Below are positions 41,330-49,885 of a DNA stretch of 64,000 nt, piece by piece. The DNA lies in assembly GCA_949292105.1 (NCBI GenBank), contig CASEYK010000016.1, positions 9,256 through 73,255 on the forward strand, read 5' to 3'. The stretch is from an uncultured bacterium. GTDB lineage: Bacteria > Bacillota_I > Bacilli_A > RFN20 > CAG-826. A program made the translations under genes and the position numbers. Position 1 is the first letter of the stretch. Each line of letters begins with the position of its first letter. Under the pieces are notes generated by a model. The model had not been told where the DNA came from. It made no database searches and saw nothing but the letters and a program-made list of their open reading frames with translations.

Positions 41330-42200
41330 CGTTATTTTTGGTCGTTATACCAACTATCACACGCCTATTCATCGTTTAGAACCGCGATTGAAATTATTTT
41401 TGCTCGTCCTTTTGATTAGCATCATCTTTTTTAAGTTTACTGTCTGGTCGACCAATCTCATTTATTCGCTTTTTCTTTTGATTTTCTTCTTCGTTTTGAT
41501 GGGCGTTTCTAAGTCGAGTTTTTTAAGCTTGCTAAAGAGTTTTAAAGCCATGTGGTTTTTAATTCTCTTCCTTTTTATTGTCTATATCTTTTTTCCTAAT
41601 TCTTCATATCAGTTTGTCGCTTTTTATATCGGTACTTATCCGATTTATTGGGATGCCATTTATCAAACAGTTTACATCATACTTCGCTTATTCTTAATGA
41701 TCTCAATTATGATGGTGCTCACGAGCACAACTAAACCGATGGATTTAACATATGCTTTTGAGTGGTATATGACACCTTTGAAACTGATTAAATTTCCAGT
41801 CCATGCGGGAGCAATGGCTCTTTCTATCGCTTTGCGTTTTGTTCCAACACTTCTTGAAGAAACAGATCGTATTATGAAAGCACAAGCGAGCCGTGGTATT
41901 GATTTTAATCATGGCAGTCTAGGCAAAAGATTCAAAGCCGTTATTTCTCTTATTATTCCTTTTTTCTTAACCGCTTTCCAAAGAAGCGATGATTTGGCGG
42001 AAGCTATGGAAGTAAGAGGATACGATCCAAACGCTAAAAGGACAAGATACCGCAAATACTCACTCCATCTTGTCGATTTATTTTCTTCGCTTATTATTCT
42101 TCTTATTTTTGCTGGAGTCCTTACTTTATTCATTATCGATAAAACGGTTGGACCTCTCGATTTGATACAATTAATCTTTAAGGTAGATATAGGTTTTTAA
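41322..42200 (+). CDS. ecfT: ECF transporter transmembrane component EcfT
   Basis: Polytopic membrane protein with the Ala-Arg-Gly coupling motif (QASRGIDF). Position after ecfA1A2. Confidence 0.85.
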   Translation: MNNVIFGRYTNYHTPIHRLEPRLKLFLLVLLISIIFFKFTVWSTNLIYSLFLLIFFFVLMGVSKSSFLSLLKSFKAMWFLILFLFIVYIFFPNSSYQFVAFYIGTYPIYWDAIYQTVYIILRLFLMISIMMVLTSTTKPMDLTYAFEWYMTPLKLIKFPVHAGAMALSIALRFVPTLLEETDRIMKAQASRGIDFNHGSLGKRFKAVISLIIPFFLTAFQRSDDLAEAMEVRGYDPNAKRTRYRKYSLHLVDLFSSLIILLIFAGVLTLFIIDKTVGPLDLIQLIFKVDIGF

Positions 42201-42202
42201 TT

Positions 42203-42940
42203 ATGGTGAGAGTTTTAGGATACTGCACATATCGGGGAACAAATTTTGCTGGGTGGCAAATTCAACCTCATCAAGATAGTGTTGAGGAATATATTGAACG
42301 AGCACTTTCACAAGTATTGAATCAACCTATTTATATTACTGGATCAGGAAGAACTGATAGTGGTGTTCACGCCTTATCTCAGCCTTTTCATTTCGATTTA
42401 GAAAAGAAGGTTGACTTAAAGAAAATGGTTTATGCTCTCAACTGCCTTTTGCCAGAAGACATTCGCATCAACAAAATGAAATATGTCGATTCATCGTTTC
42501 ACGCTCGTATCAATGCCAAGGCAAAAGAGTATGTCTATTATTTGCAGTTATCGAGCAAGGATCCTTTTGTTTATGACAAAGTTTATTTATGTCCTTATCA
42601 CTTAAATGTCAAAGCAATGGCAAAGGCTATAAAACTTTTCATCGGCAAACATAATTTTTCGTGTTTTACATCAAAAACGGAAGATTTTGTCGGGTTTATG
42701 CGGGAAATTTATTCTGCAAATATCAAATTTGATAAAGAACGCCAACTCGTTATTTTCACATTTAAAGGCAATGGATTTATGCGCTATATGGTTCGCTATA
42801 TGGTTGGGACGCTCATTGAAATTGGACGAGGAAAAATTGATTCTACTTTTATTCCAACACATCTCGACCAGCCGCAAAGAGCCATTATATCTTTTAAAGC
42901 TCCGCCGCAAGGTTTATATTTAAAAAAAGTATATTATTAG
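42203..42940 (+). CDS. truA: tRNA pseudouridine(38-40) synthase
   Basis: GSGRTDSGVHA catalytic Asp motif. Confidence 0.9.
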   Translation: MVRVLGYCTYRGTNFAGWQIQPHQDSVEEYIERALSQVLNQPIYITGSGRTDSGVHALSQPFHFDLEKKVDLKKMVYALNCLLPEDIRINKMKYVDSSFHARINAKAKEYVYYLQLSSKDPFVYDKVYLCPYHLNVKAMAKAIKLFIGKHNFSCFTSKTEDFVGFMREIYSANIKFDKERQLVIFTFKGNGFMRYMVRYMVGTLIEIGRGKIDSTFIPTHLDQPQRAIISFKAPPQGLYLKKVYY

Positions 42941-42992
42941 TGTCAGTATCATTAAATTGTGATAGAATCACAAAAGACAAAGAGGTTATTTT

Positions 42993-43697
42993 ATGGGTAG
43001 ACATTTTGAAGTTAGAGCGAAAGCAATGGCTGAAACAGCAGCAAAAAAATCAGCCGTTTATATGCGTGCATCGAAAGAAATTTATATGGCAGCAAGAAGT
43101 GGAGATCCAAATCCTGATTCTAATTTGGCCCTTCGCTCAGCTATTGAAAAATGGAAAGGTCAATCTGTTCCAAAAGATGTTATTGATCGCGCAATTAAAA
43201 AGGCACAAGGTGGCACCGGCGAAAACTATGTAGCTGGTCGCTACGAAGCTTTTGGCCCTGGAGGCTCTTACTTTATTATTGATACCCTCAGCGATAATAA
43301 TAATCGTGCGCTTACTGAAGTGAGAACAGCCGTTACGAAAAAAGGTGGTCATTTAGGATCGGTGGCTTATTATTTTACTGAAACTGGTGTGTTGGTGTTT
43401 AAAGGTAACAATCGTGATGAAGTTGAAGAAACATTAATTTTGAGTGATGTCGATGTTCGAGAAGTGAATGAAAATGACGGAATGATTGAGGTTCTTGTTG
43501 AGCCCACCGCATTTGGCAAAGCAAAAGAAGTCCTATCCGGTATGGGCATTACAGATTATGAAGTAGCAGAAGTGGCACCAATCGCCAATGAGACCATCGA
43601 AATTACCGATGAAGAAGATAAAAGAAAATTCAACGAGTTATGCGATTTGCTCGATGAACTACAAGATGTTCAAGGCGTGCACCACAACGTTGGATAA
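42993..43697 (+). CDS. YebC/PmpR family DNA-binding transcriptional regulator
   Basis: MGRHFEVRAKAMAETAAKKS.. family signature. Confidence 0.85.
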   Translation: MGRHFEVRAKAMAETAAKKSAVYMRASKEIYMAARSGDPNPDSNLALRSAIEKWKGQSVPKDVIDRAIKKAQGGTGENYVAGRYEAFGPGGSYFIIDTLSDNNNRALTEVRTAVTKKGGHLGSVAYYFTETGVLVFKGNNRDEVEETLILSDVDVREVNENDGMIEVLVEPTAFGKAKEVLSGMGITDYEVAEVAPIANETIEITDEEDKRKFNELCDLLDELQDVQGVHHNVG

Positions 43698-43703
43698 AAT
43701 AAA

Positions 43704-44882
43704 TTACTTAAAATTTTCTACTAAATAATGGGCGTTCACAAGCGCCCATTTTAAATTGTATCCGCCACAAAGGCCATCAATGTCTAAAACTTCCCCACCA
43801 AAATAAATGCCTTGCTCTTTTTTAGATTGGAAAAAGTTATCGATTTCATTTATATCTATTCCGCCAATCGTTGCTTGTGAATCATTAAATCCGTAAGTTG
43901 ACACAATAGTAAAAGATAAATTATTTGCTGCCCACAATAATTTTTGCGCATCTTTTCTTGATAGTTTATTATCAATTTTCACATTAGCTTTTTGATAAAT
44001 ATATTGAGCCGTGTTTTGACCGACAAATGGCCATAAAACATTGTCGATTGTTTTATTTATTTTTAATAAGTCGTTTTCACCGATATCGTCACCTAAACAC
44101 TGAATGTTTACCGCTGGATTACTCAATTTATTTCGTTGGATTATACTGCTGAGGTTCATTATTGCAATCCCGCCTAATCCATCATCTTTAAAAACAATTT
44201 CTCCGTTCTCTTGGTGAATAATTTGGTTGTTTGACAAAAGAGCAATCTTCGCTCTTATCTTTTCGCCAAATAAAGGTTTAACTTTTTCTTTGGTTTTCAA
44301 AGCGGTTAGACCAGGCAGTAATCCATTGATTTTATATCCTTTTTTGTTCAGTAGAGCAAAAAGATTACCATTTGATCCTAGTTTAGGAGAAGAGCAACCG
44401 CCGGTAACAATAATTAATCGATTCACCTTTATTTTCTCTCCATTTTCAAAAAAGAGGACTATTTCATTGTTGCTTTTATGCTCGTAATCGATGAGTTTCA
44501 TACCGGTTTTTACCAAAAGATTTGGACAATTGGATATTTGCTGTTGAAGAATTTTTAAGACATTTTTTCCAGAAAGCGAAATGGGATACAAATAGCCCTC
44601 ATGTAGTTCAGTGAGATATATGCCTAATTCTTTTAAAAGTTGGTTTTGTTTTTGAAGAGGAAAATCATCTAACAGTGGTCTTACAAAACATGGTTGATTA
44701 TATTTAGTGGCATCATCGATGATGTTATTAATGTTGCAGCGTCCGTTACCTGCAACAGTAAATTTTTTGCCGATTGTTGCTCCCTGCTCAAAAATAATGA
44801 TTTCGTCATTTGGATATTTTTTATGTAAGAGAAGAGCAGAATAAATTCCACATGCCCCTCCACCAATTAGTGCGATTTTCAT
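43704..44882 (-). CDS. HI0933/YhiN-like (BaiN family) FAD-dependent oxidoreductase
   Basis: N-terminal MKIALIGGGACG Rossmann fold and a C-terminal GGEVLDIDGLCGGYNLKWA motif. The ORF-track start at 44900 is probably upstream of the true ATG. Confidence 0.7.
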   Translation of the reverse strand: MKIALIGGGACGIYSALLLHKKYPNDEIIIFEQGATIGKKFTVAGNGRCNINNIIDDATKYNQPCFVRPLLDDFPLQKQNQLLKELGIYLTELHEGYLYPISLSGKNVLKILQQQISNCPNLLVKTGMKLIDYEHKSNNEIVLFFENGEKIKVNRLIIVTGGCSSPKLGSNGNLFALLNKKGYKINGLLPGLTALKTKEKVKPLFGEKIRAKIALLSNNQIIHQENGEIVFKDDGLGGIAIMNLSSIIQRNKLSNPAVNIQCLGDDIGENDLLKINKTIDNVLWPFVGQNTAQYIYQKANVKIDNKLSRKDAQKLLWAANNLSFTIVSTYGFNDSQATIGGIDINEIDNFFQSKKEQGIYFGGEVLDIDGLCGGYNLKWALVNAHYLVENFK

Positions 44883-45030
44883 AGATATAGAATAACACAA
44901 CTGACCGCAACAATTAAAAGTAATTGACTTTTAAATATTGTTTAGTGTATTTTTATATTCGGCACACGAAATGCCAAAACAAGAAAGTCCCGGTAAAGAC
45001 TAGTTTGTTTGGTAAAGGAGGATTAAGTTT

Positions 45031-45471
45031 ATGCAACGTCAAACAACTATCGTAAAAGCAAACGAAATCCAAAGAAAATGGTATGTTATTGATGCCACAG
45101 GCTTGCCACTTGGAAGATTAGCTTCTCAAATCGCTCAAATTTTGACAGGACGCAACAAACCAATCTACACTCCACATGTCGATTGTGGTGATTATGTCAT
45201 TGTCATCAATGCTGAAAAAGTTTCTCTTTCAGGCGATAAACTCAATAACAAAAAATATTACAACGTGTCAGGTTATAACGGTGGTTTAAGAACCCGTACA
45301 GCAAGAGAAATGATCGAAGGTTATCCAACCGAACTCATCGAAAGAAGTGTCCACGGCATGGTACCAAAGGGACGTTTAGGTCGTCAAATCGAAAAGAAAC
45401 TCTTTGTTTATAAAGGTCCTAACCATGTTCATGAAGCTCAAAAGCCAGAAGTGCTTGAGCTTAAATTCTAA
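45031..45471 (+). CDS. rplM: 50S ribosomal protein L13
   Basis: ..KWYVIDA.G..LGRLAS.IA..L.GR..P.YTPHVD.GD.V.VINA.. Confidence 0.95.
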   Translation: MQRQTTIVKANEIQRKWYVIDATGLPLGRLASQIAQILTGRNKPIYTPHVDCGDYVIVINAEKVSLSGDKLNNKKYYNVSGYNGGLRTRTAREMIEGYPTELIERSVHGMVPKGRLGRQIEKKLFVYKGPNHVHEAQKPEVLELKF

Positions 45472-45482
45472 GGAGGTTTTCC

Positions 45483-45881
45483 ATGGCTAAGAAAAACGAA
45501 GTCCAATATTATGGAACCGGAAGAAGAAAATCTTCCAAAGCCCGCGTTTATATTACCACAGGTAAAGGACGCATTATCGTCAATGGTCGCGATGTCAATG
45601 AATATATGCCATATGCGACATTAGTGATGGATTTAAAACAACCTCTCACTTTAACTGGCACTGATACCAAATACGATGTTCGCGCAGAAGTAGTTGGTGG
45701 TGGATTCACTGGCCAAGCTGGCGCTATTCGTTTAGGTATTGCAAGAGCTTTGTTAGAGGCTGGATGTGATCGACAAGTGTTGAAAGGCAACGGAATGTTG
45801 ACAAGAGATTCCCGCGCTAAAGAACGTAAGAAATACGGTTTGAAAGCCGCTCGTCGCGCTCCACAATTCTCGAAACGTTAA
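45483..45881 (+). CDS. rpsI: 30S ribosomal protein S9
   Basis: C-terminal ..[25 protein letters not shown]. Confidence 0.95.
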   Translation: MAKKNEVQYYGTGRRKSSKARVYITTGKGRIIVNGRDVNEYMPYATLVMDLKQPLTLTGTDTKYDVRAEVVGGGFTGQAGAIRLGIARALLEAGCDRQVLKGNGMLTRDSRAKERKKYGLKAARRAPQFSKR

Positions 45882-45905
45882 TTCGTTTCTGCTTAAACAA
45901 TCAAA

Positions 45906-45935
45906 AGATCACCACTTGTTGGTGGTCTTTTTTTA
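45906..45935 (+). terminator. Rho-independent terminator after rpsI
   Basis: AGATCACCAC-ttgtt-GGTGGTCT hairpin followed by TTTTTTTAT. Confidence 0.7.
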
Positions 45936-45983
45936 TCAACAAAATTTATCATTTTACATAGTAAATATATTGCAAAAATACCA

Positions 45984-46012
45984 TTGCATTTTTATTGTTT
46001 GTATTGTATAGT
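45984..46012 (+). promoter_or_regulatory. Putative sigma-A promoter for tRNA-Ile
   Basis: TTGCAT (45984-45989), 17-nt spacer, TATAGT (46007-46012). The tRNA 5' end lies 20 nt downstream. Confidence 0.5.
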
Positions 46013-46031
46013 AAGTAAGCGTCGTGCAAGC

Positions 46032-46108
<77 letters not shown>

Positions 46109-46138
46109 TTTAATTCCCTAGCGCACGAAAAGCGGGTA

Positions 46139-46168
46139 GTGGAACAATTGATTAGTTCCACGTTTTTT
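46139..46168 (+). terminator. Terminator-like hairpin between tRNA-Ile and tRNA-Val
   Basis: GTGGAAC-aattgatta-GTTCCAC followed by GTTTTTT. Confidence 0.5.
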
Positions 46169-46219
46169 AAAAACAGAATGATTGAATTTCCTCTCCCTTT
46201 TTGTCGGTAGTGAAGAAAC

Positions 46220-46294
46220 GGACACTTAGTTCAGCGGGAGAACGCTTCCTTCACACGGAAGAGGTCACAGGTTCAATCCCTGTAGTGTCCACCA
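46220..46294 (+). tRNA. tRNA-Val (anticodon CAC by manual reading), CCA encoded
   Basis: Acceptor GGACACT/AGTGTCC, D-stem GTTC/GAAC, anticodon stem CTTCC/GGAAG with loop UUCACAC, T-stem ACAGG/CCTGT with loop TTCAATC, A73, CCA. Confidence 0.7.
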
Positions 46295-46302
46295 TCTAAT
46301 GT

Positions 46303-46379
46303 GCCGTCTTAGCTCAACCAGGCAGAGCAACTGATTTGTAATCAGTAGGTTGTAGGTTCGATTCCTATAGACGGCACCA
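46303..46379 (+). tRNA. tRNA-Thr (anticodon UGU), CCA encoded
   Basis: Acceptor GCCGTCT/AGACGGC, D-stem GCTC/GAGC, anticodon stem ACTGA/TCAGT with loop UUUGUAA, T-loop TTCGATT, A73, CCA. Confidence 0.75.
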
Positions 46380-46390
46380 TTATTATTTAT

Positions 46391-46475
46391 GCAGCTGTGG
46401 CGGAACTGGCAGACGCACTAGACTTAGGATCTAGCGAGGAAACTCATGCAGGTTCAATTCCTGTCAGCTGCACCA
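46391..46475 (+). tRNA. tRNA-Leu (anticodon UAG), class II with a long variable arm, CCA encoded
   Basis: Acceptor GCAGCTG/CAGCTGC, anticodon stem CTAGA/TCTAG with loop CUUAGGA, ~13-nt variable arm, T-stem GCAGG/CCTGT, A73, CCA. 85 nt long. Confidence 0.8.
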
Positions 46476-46488
46476 GAAGATGAAGATT

Positions 46489-46520
46489 ACTATGTTGTGA
46501 AGACATAGTTTTTTTATTTA
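46489..46520 (+). terminator. Rho-independent terminator after the tRNA cluster
   Basis: ACTATG-ttgtgaaga-CATAGT hairpin followed by TTTTTTTATTT. Confidence 0.6.
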
Positions 46521-46623
46521 TATGAATCGCATATGCGCGTGTCTGATGCATAAGAAATTTAAATGCTTCCAAACGACAGATCATTTCTTTTATATTTTTT
46601 GATATTTTGTTTTAAAAAAAGTA

Positions 46624-46652
46624 TTGACTAACTCAAAAACAGATGTATTATT
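46624..46652 (+). promoter_or_regulatory. Putative sigma-A promoter of the fructan utilization operon
   Basis: TTGACT (46624-46629), 16-17-nt spacer, TATTAT/ATTATT (46646-46652). A cre-like element lies downstream and the AAGGAG SD is at 46676. Confidence 0.45.
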
Positions 46653-46690
46653 AGTGTGTATGGTATCGTTCCCACAAGGAGAATTTTGCA

Positions 46691-48031
46691 ATGAGAAATT
46701 TTAAATTACCAATTTTATTGTCTCTTGTCATGGCGGGCGCTTTAGCAATGACTGGATGTGGAAAATCATCAGAGGATGAAAGCGGCGTCAAGATTATTAC
46801 TGTTTGGGTTCACAAGAATGAAACAGAAGATGAAGGCAAAATTTACAAGCAAATTCAAACTAATTTCAACAATGCTGGGTTAACAACTTCAACTGGTCTC
46901 CAATTAAAAATGTCTATGTCGTTTTGGGGTTCAACTCTTGAAGATAAAATTAATGCTTCTATTATGACTAATTCCTTACCGGATATCATCGCTGTAGATA
47001 GTTCAGATGTAGCAGCAAAAGTGTATAACGATATTATTGTTTCATTTGATGAGTATTTAGATTCTGAAACAAAAAATTCCTATGTCGATAGTGTAATTCA
47101 ACAAGGCACGATCGATGGCAAAATGTACTTTTTATCGGGTATGGAAGCTCCGGGAGGCTTGTACTACAATAAAACCCTTCTTAAATCAGTTGGTTACACT
47201 GATGATGATTTTGGAACATGGGAAAATCCTTGGTCTTGGAAAGATGTTCACGAGGCTCAAGAAAAATTAAAAGCTGCAGGTTTAGAATATCAAATCGCAC
47301 TAAACCAAAATTTTGGCACAGATGGAAATATGTATTTATATTCCGGTCTCGTTTATTCAGCTGGTGCAACATTTGGTGAAGAAAATCATGTTACTGAAGC
47401 TTTGACAACTGACGAAGCCATTGCGGGCATATCACAACTTGAATTATTCTATTCAAACGAAGGTTTGTCGAGCAATGAATCTTGGGTCTATAGCGGAACA
47501 AATGAAAATGCTTTTGCTTCAGAACTCATTCCTTTTGAAATTCACGGACCTTGGGATGCTAGAAAAATTAAAAAAGCTGATTCCAACTTTAAAAATGAGT
47601 ATGGTATCATGCCATATCCTGTTTATGAAGATGAAAATGGCAATAAGAGCGACATAATTGCTATTCCTTGTGGATCGTATGGTTTTGGTATCACTAATGA
47701 CTGTAAAAATGTTGAAGCAGCAACTATTGCTTTGACCTATTTAACTGGTGCTGATGCGTCAAAAATGATGTATGACGCTATCGGAACTTTCCCAACAAAC
47801 AAAGCTTTATTGGAAAGTATGGATGAATTTAAAAGTGGACCAGAAAAAGATTTAGCTGATTATTTGGTTAAAAATCAATACACAAGGCCACAAATGGTTA
47901 AATATCCAATATTAAAAGATGCTTATGGCGAAGTTTTAAACTATATCAAAAATATGAACCTCGTCTCTAATTACAACTTAGAACAACAAATCAGAGAACA
48001 AATGACAAGAGTCGATGACGCAAGAGCATAG
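46691..48031 (+). CDS. Carbohydrate ABC transporter substrate-binding lipoprotein (SBP family 1)
   Basis: Signal peptide with an AMTGC lipobox. ~446 aa, with the usual SBP_bac_1 topology. First gene of the sugar locus. Confidence 0.8.
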   Translation: MRNFKLPILLSLVMAGALAMTGCGKSSEDESGVKIITVWVHKNETEDEGKIYKQIQTNFNNAGLTTSTGLQLKMSMSFWGSTLEDKINASIMTNSLPDIIAVDSSDVAAKVYNDIIVSFDEYLDSETKNSYVDSVIQQGTIDGKMYFLSGMEAPGGLYYNKTLLKSVGYTDDDFGTWENPWSWKDVHEAQEKLKAAGLEYQIALNQNFGTDGNMYLYSGLVYSAGATFGEENHVTEALTTDEAIAGISQLELFYSNEGLSSNESWVYSGTNENAFASELIPFEIHGPWDARKIKKADSNFKNEYGIMPYPVYEDENGNKSDIIAIPCGSYGFGITNDCKNVEAATIALTYLTGADASKMMYDAIGTFPTNKALLESMDEFKSGPEKDLADYLVKNQYTRPQMVKYPILKDAYGEVLNYIKNMNLVSNYNLEQQIREQMTRVDDARA

Positions 48032-48035
48032 CAAT

Positions 48036-48971
48036 ATGAAAATTGAAAATGTTGTTGCCAAAAGAAAACGAAATTCTTTTACACTCGGCAAGACTGAATA
48101 CAATACAAAAGAAGCATTGGCTGGTATCTTGTTTTTAGCGCCTTGCTTTATTCTTGCGGTAATCTTTGTTTTTCTACCAATTGTCATTTCGCTGGCATAT
48201 GCTTTCACTGATGCTAATATGTTGCGGCTAAATAAAGCTGAATTTATTTGGTTTGATAATTTTATAAGGGCCTTCAATGATGTTGAAATTAGGAACGCCT
48301 TAAAAAACACACTCATTTTCGTTTTAGGTGTTATGCCATTACAATTTGGTACAGCGTTAGGCTTAGCTTTGCTGCTCAATAAAATAAAAAGATTTAACAC
48401 TTTCTTTAGATGGGCATTCTTTGCTCCTGTGATGCTCTCTTTGGCTGTGACTTCTATGTTGTGGATGAATCTATTAAATCCACAAGAAGGACTGATTAAT
48501 ACTTTTTTATTGGCACTTGGAGCAAATCCAATGCTGTTTTTAGAAGATCCTAACCAAGCGATGGGTTGCATAATTTTTATTTCTGCATGGCAAGGTGCAG
48601 GTTACCAAATGTTGATCATTTTAAGTGGTTTAAAAAATATTCCAAAAGATATGTATGAGGCTGCAAGTATCGATCGCGCTAACAAGTGGCAACAATTTTT
48701 GCATGTAACCCTTCCATCGTTAAAACCAACCCTTGTTTTCGTTTTTATTACAATGCTTATTGGTGCTTTTAGGATTTGCGTTCAGCCGATGATTATGACT
48801 GGTGGTGGACCTTTGGGTTCAACTATGACAATGTCATATTACATTTACAAAACTGGCGTTGAATACCGCGATGTAGGTTATTCAAGTGCTATTGCGCTCT
48901 TATACACAATCATTATTGCAACAATTTCATTAACATTAAGAAAAGTGTTAGGAGGGGACAACCAAGCATAA
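48036..48971 (+). CDS. Carbohydrate ABC transporter permease (MalF/UgpA-like)
   Basis: 6-TM protein with an EAA-like loop (ASIDRANKWQQFLHVTLPSLKP). The ORF-track start at 48015 overlaps the SBP; ATG 48036 is preferred. Confidence 0.8.
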   Translation: MKIENVVAKRKRNSFTLGKTEYNTKEALAGILFLAPCFILAVIFVFLPIVISLAYAFTDANMLRLNKAEFIWFDNFIRAFNDVEIRNALKNTLIFVLGVMPLQFGTALGLALLLNKIKRFNTFFRWAFFAPVMLSLAVTSMLWMNLLNPQEGLINTFLLALGANPMLFLEDPNQAMGCIIFISAWQGAGYQMLIILSGLKNIPKDMYEAASIDRANKWQQFLHVTLPSLKPTLVFVFITMLIGAFRICVQPMIMTGGGPLGSTMTMSYYIYKTGVEYRDVGYSSAIALLYTIIIATISLTLRKVLGGDNQA

Positions 48972-48972
48972 T

Positions 48973-49884
48973 ATGGAAAATATCAATGTCAATCAAATTC
49001 CAACCCTTCACAAACCTAGAAAGAAAATTTCGTTTGGCAAAATCGTTATCAAAATTTTATTTGCTCTTCTTTGCCTCGCTCTAGCTTTTATCTTCTTATT
49101 TCCAGTTGTTTGGATGGTTTCCAATTCATTTAAAACAGATGAACAAGTGTACGCTCAAATGACGAGCATTTGGACCTTTTTTCCTCCTTCTTGGAATATA
49201 AGTGAATGGTTTGTATCATATATCAAACTATTCCAAACATTTGAATATTTTGGTCGTTCAATTTTAAATTCAATTTTATATTGTACAGTTACTATTGTTG
49301 CTGTTTTGGTCATCAATTCTTTAGCGGGATATGCTCTAGCAAGATTTAAATTTCCTGGCAACAAAGCCATGACAACCGTTATTTTGCTTTTGATGATTAT
49401 TCCTGTTGAAACAAGTATCGTTCCAACATACTTAATTCTTTATTACTTAGGATTATTGAGTGAACCTGTAAATATTATTGGTTACTTATTGCCCGGCTTT
49501 GCTTCGCTTTTTTATACATACATGTTTAGACAATATTTTTTGGGTATGCCAATTGAAATAGAAGAAGCAGCACGCATTGATGGATGCTCGAGAATTGGCG
49601 TGTTTTTCCGCATGATTGTTCCATTAGCTAAACCTATTTTTGCAACAGTAGCTATTTTCACATTTATGGGACAATGGAATGAGTACATCTTTGCACAATT
49701 TATGTTTCCTAATCCTGCATATCAACCGCTTCAAGTATTTTTACAACTAGTTAATACAGCCACCCCGAAAGATATTGGTGTTGTTATGGCTTCTTTGACC
49801 TTTTCAACAATTCCAATCGCCTTAGTTTACATCTTCGCTCAAAAATATATCGTCGAAGGAGTCAGTTTTACTGGTCTAAAATAA
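48973..49884 (+). CDS. Carbohydrate ABC transporter permease (MalG/UgpE-like)
   Basis: 6-TM protein with an EAA loop (EEAARIDGCSRIGVFFRMIVPLAKP). Confidence 0.8.
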   Translation: MENINVNQIPTLHKPRKKISFGKIVIKILFALLCLALAFIFLFPVVWMVSNSFKTDEQVYAQMTSIWTFFPPSWNISEWFVSYIKLFQTFEYFGRSILNSILYCTVTIVAVLVINSLAGYALARFKFPGNKAMTTVILLLMIIPVETSIVPTYLILYYLGLLSEPVNIIGYLLPGFASLFYTYMFRQYFLGMPIEIEEAARIDGCSRIGVFFRMIVPLAKPIFATVAIFTFMGQWNEYIFAQFMFPNPAYQPLQVFLQLVNTATPKDIGVVMASLTFSTIPIALVYIFAQKYIVEGVSFTGLK

Positions 49885-49885
49885 T

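Noticed and set aside
46169-46219. Separate promoter for the tRNA-Val/Thr/Leu trio
   Set aside because: No -35/-10 pair of reasonable quality is seen in the 50 nt after the Ile terminator hairpin. The trio may be transcribed by read-through or from a weak promoter, so none is annotated.
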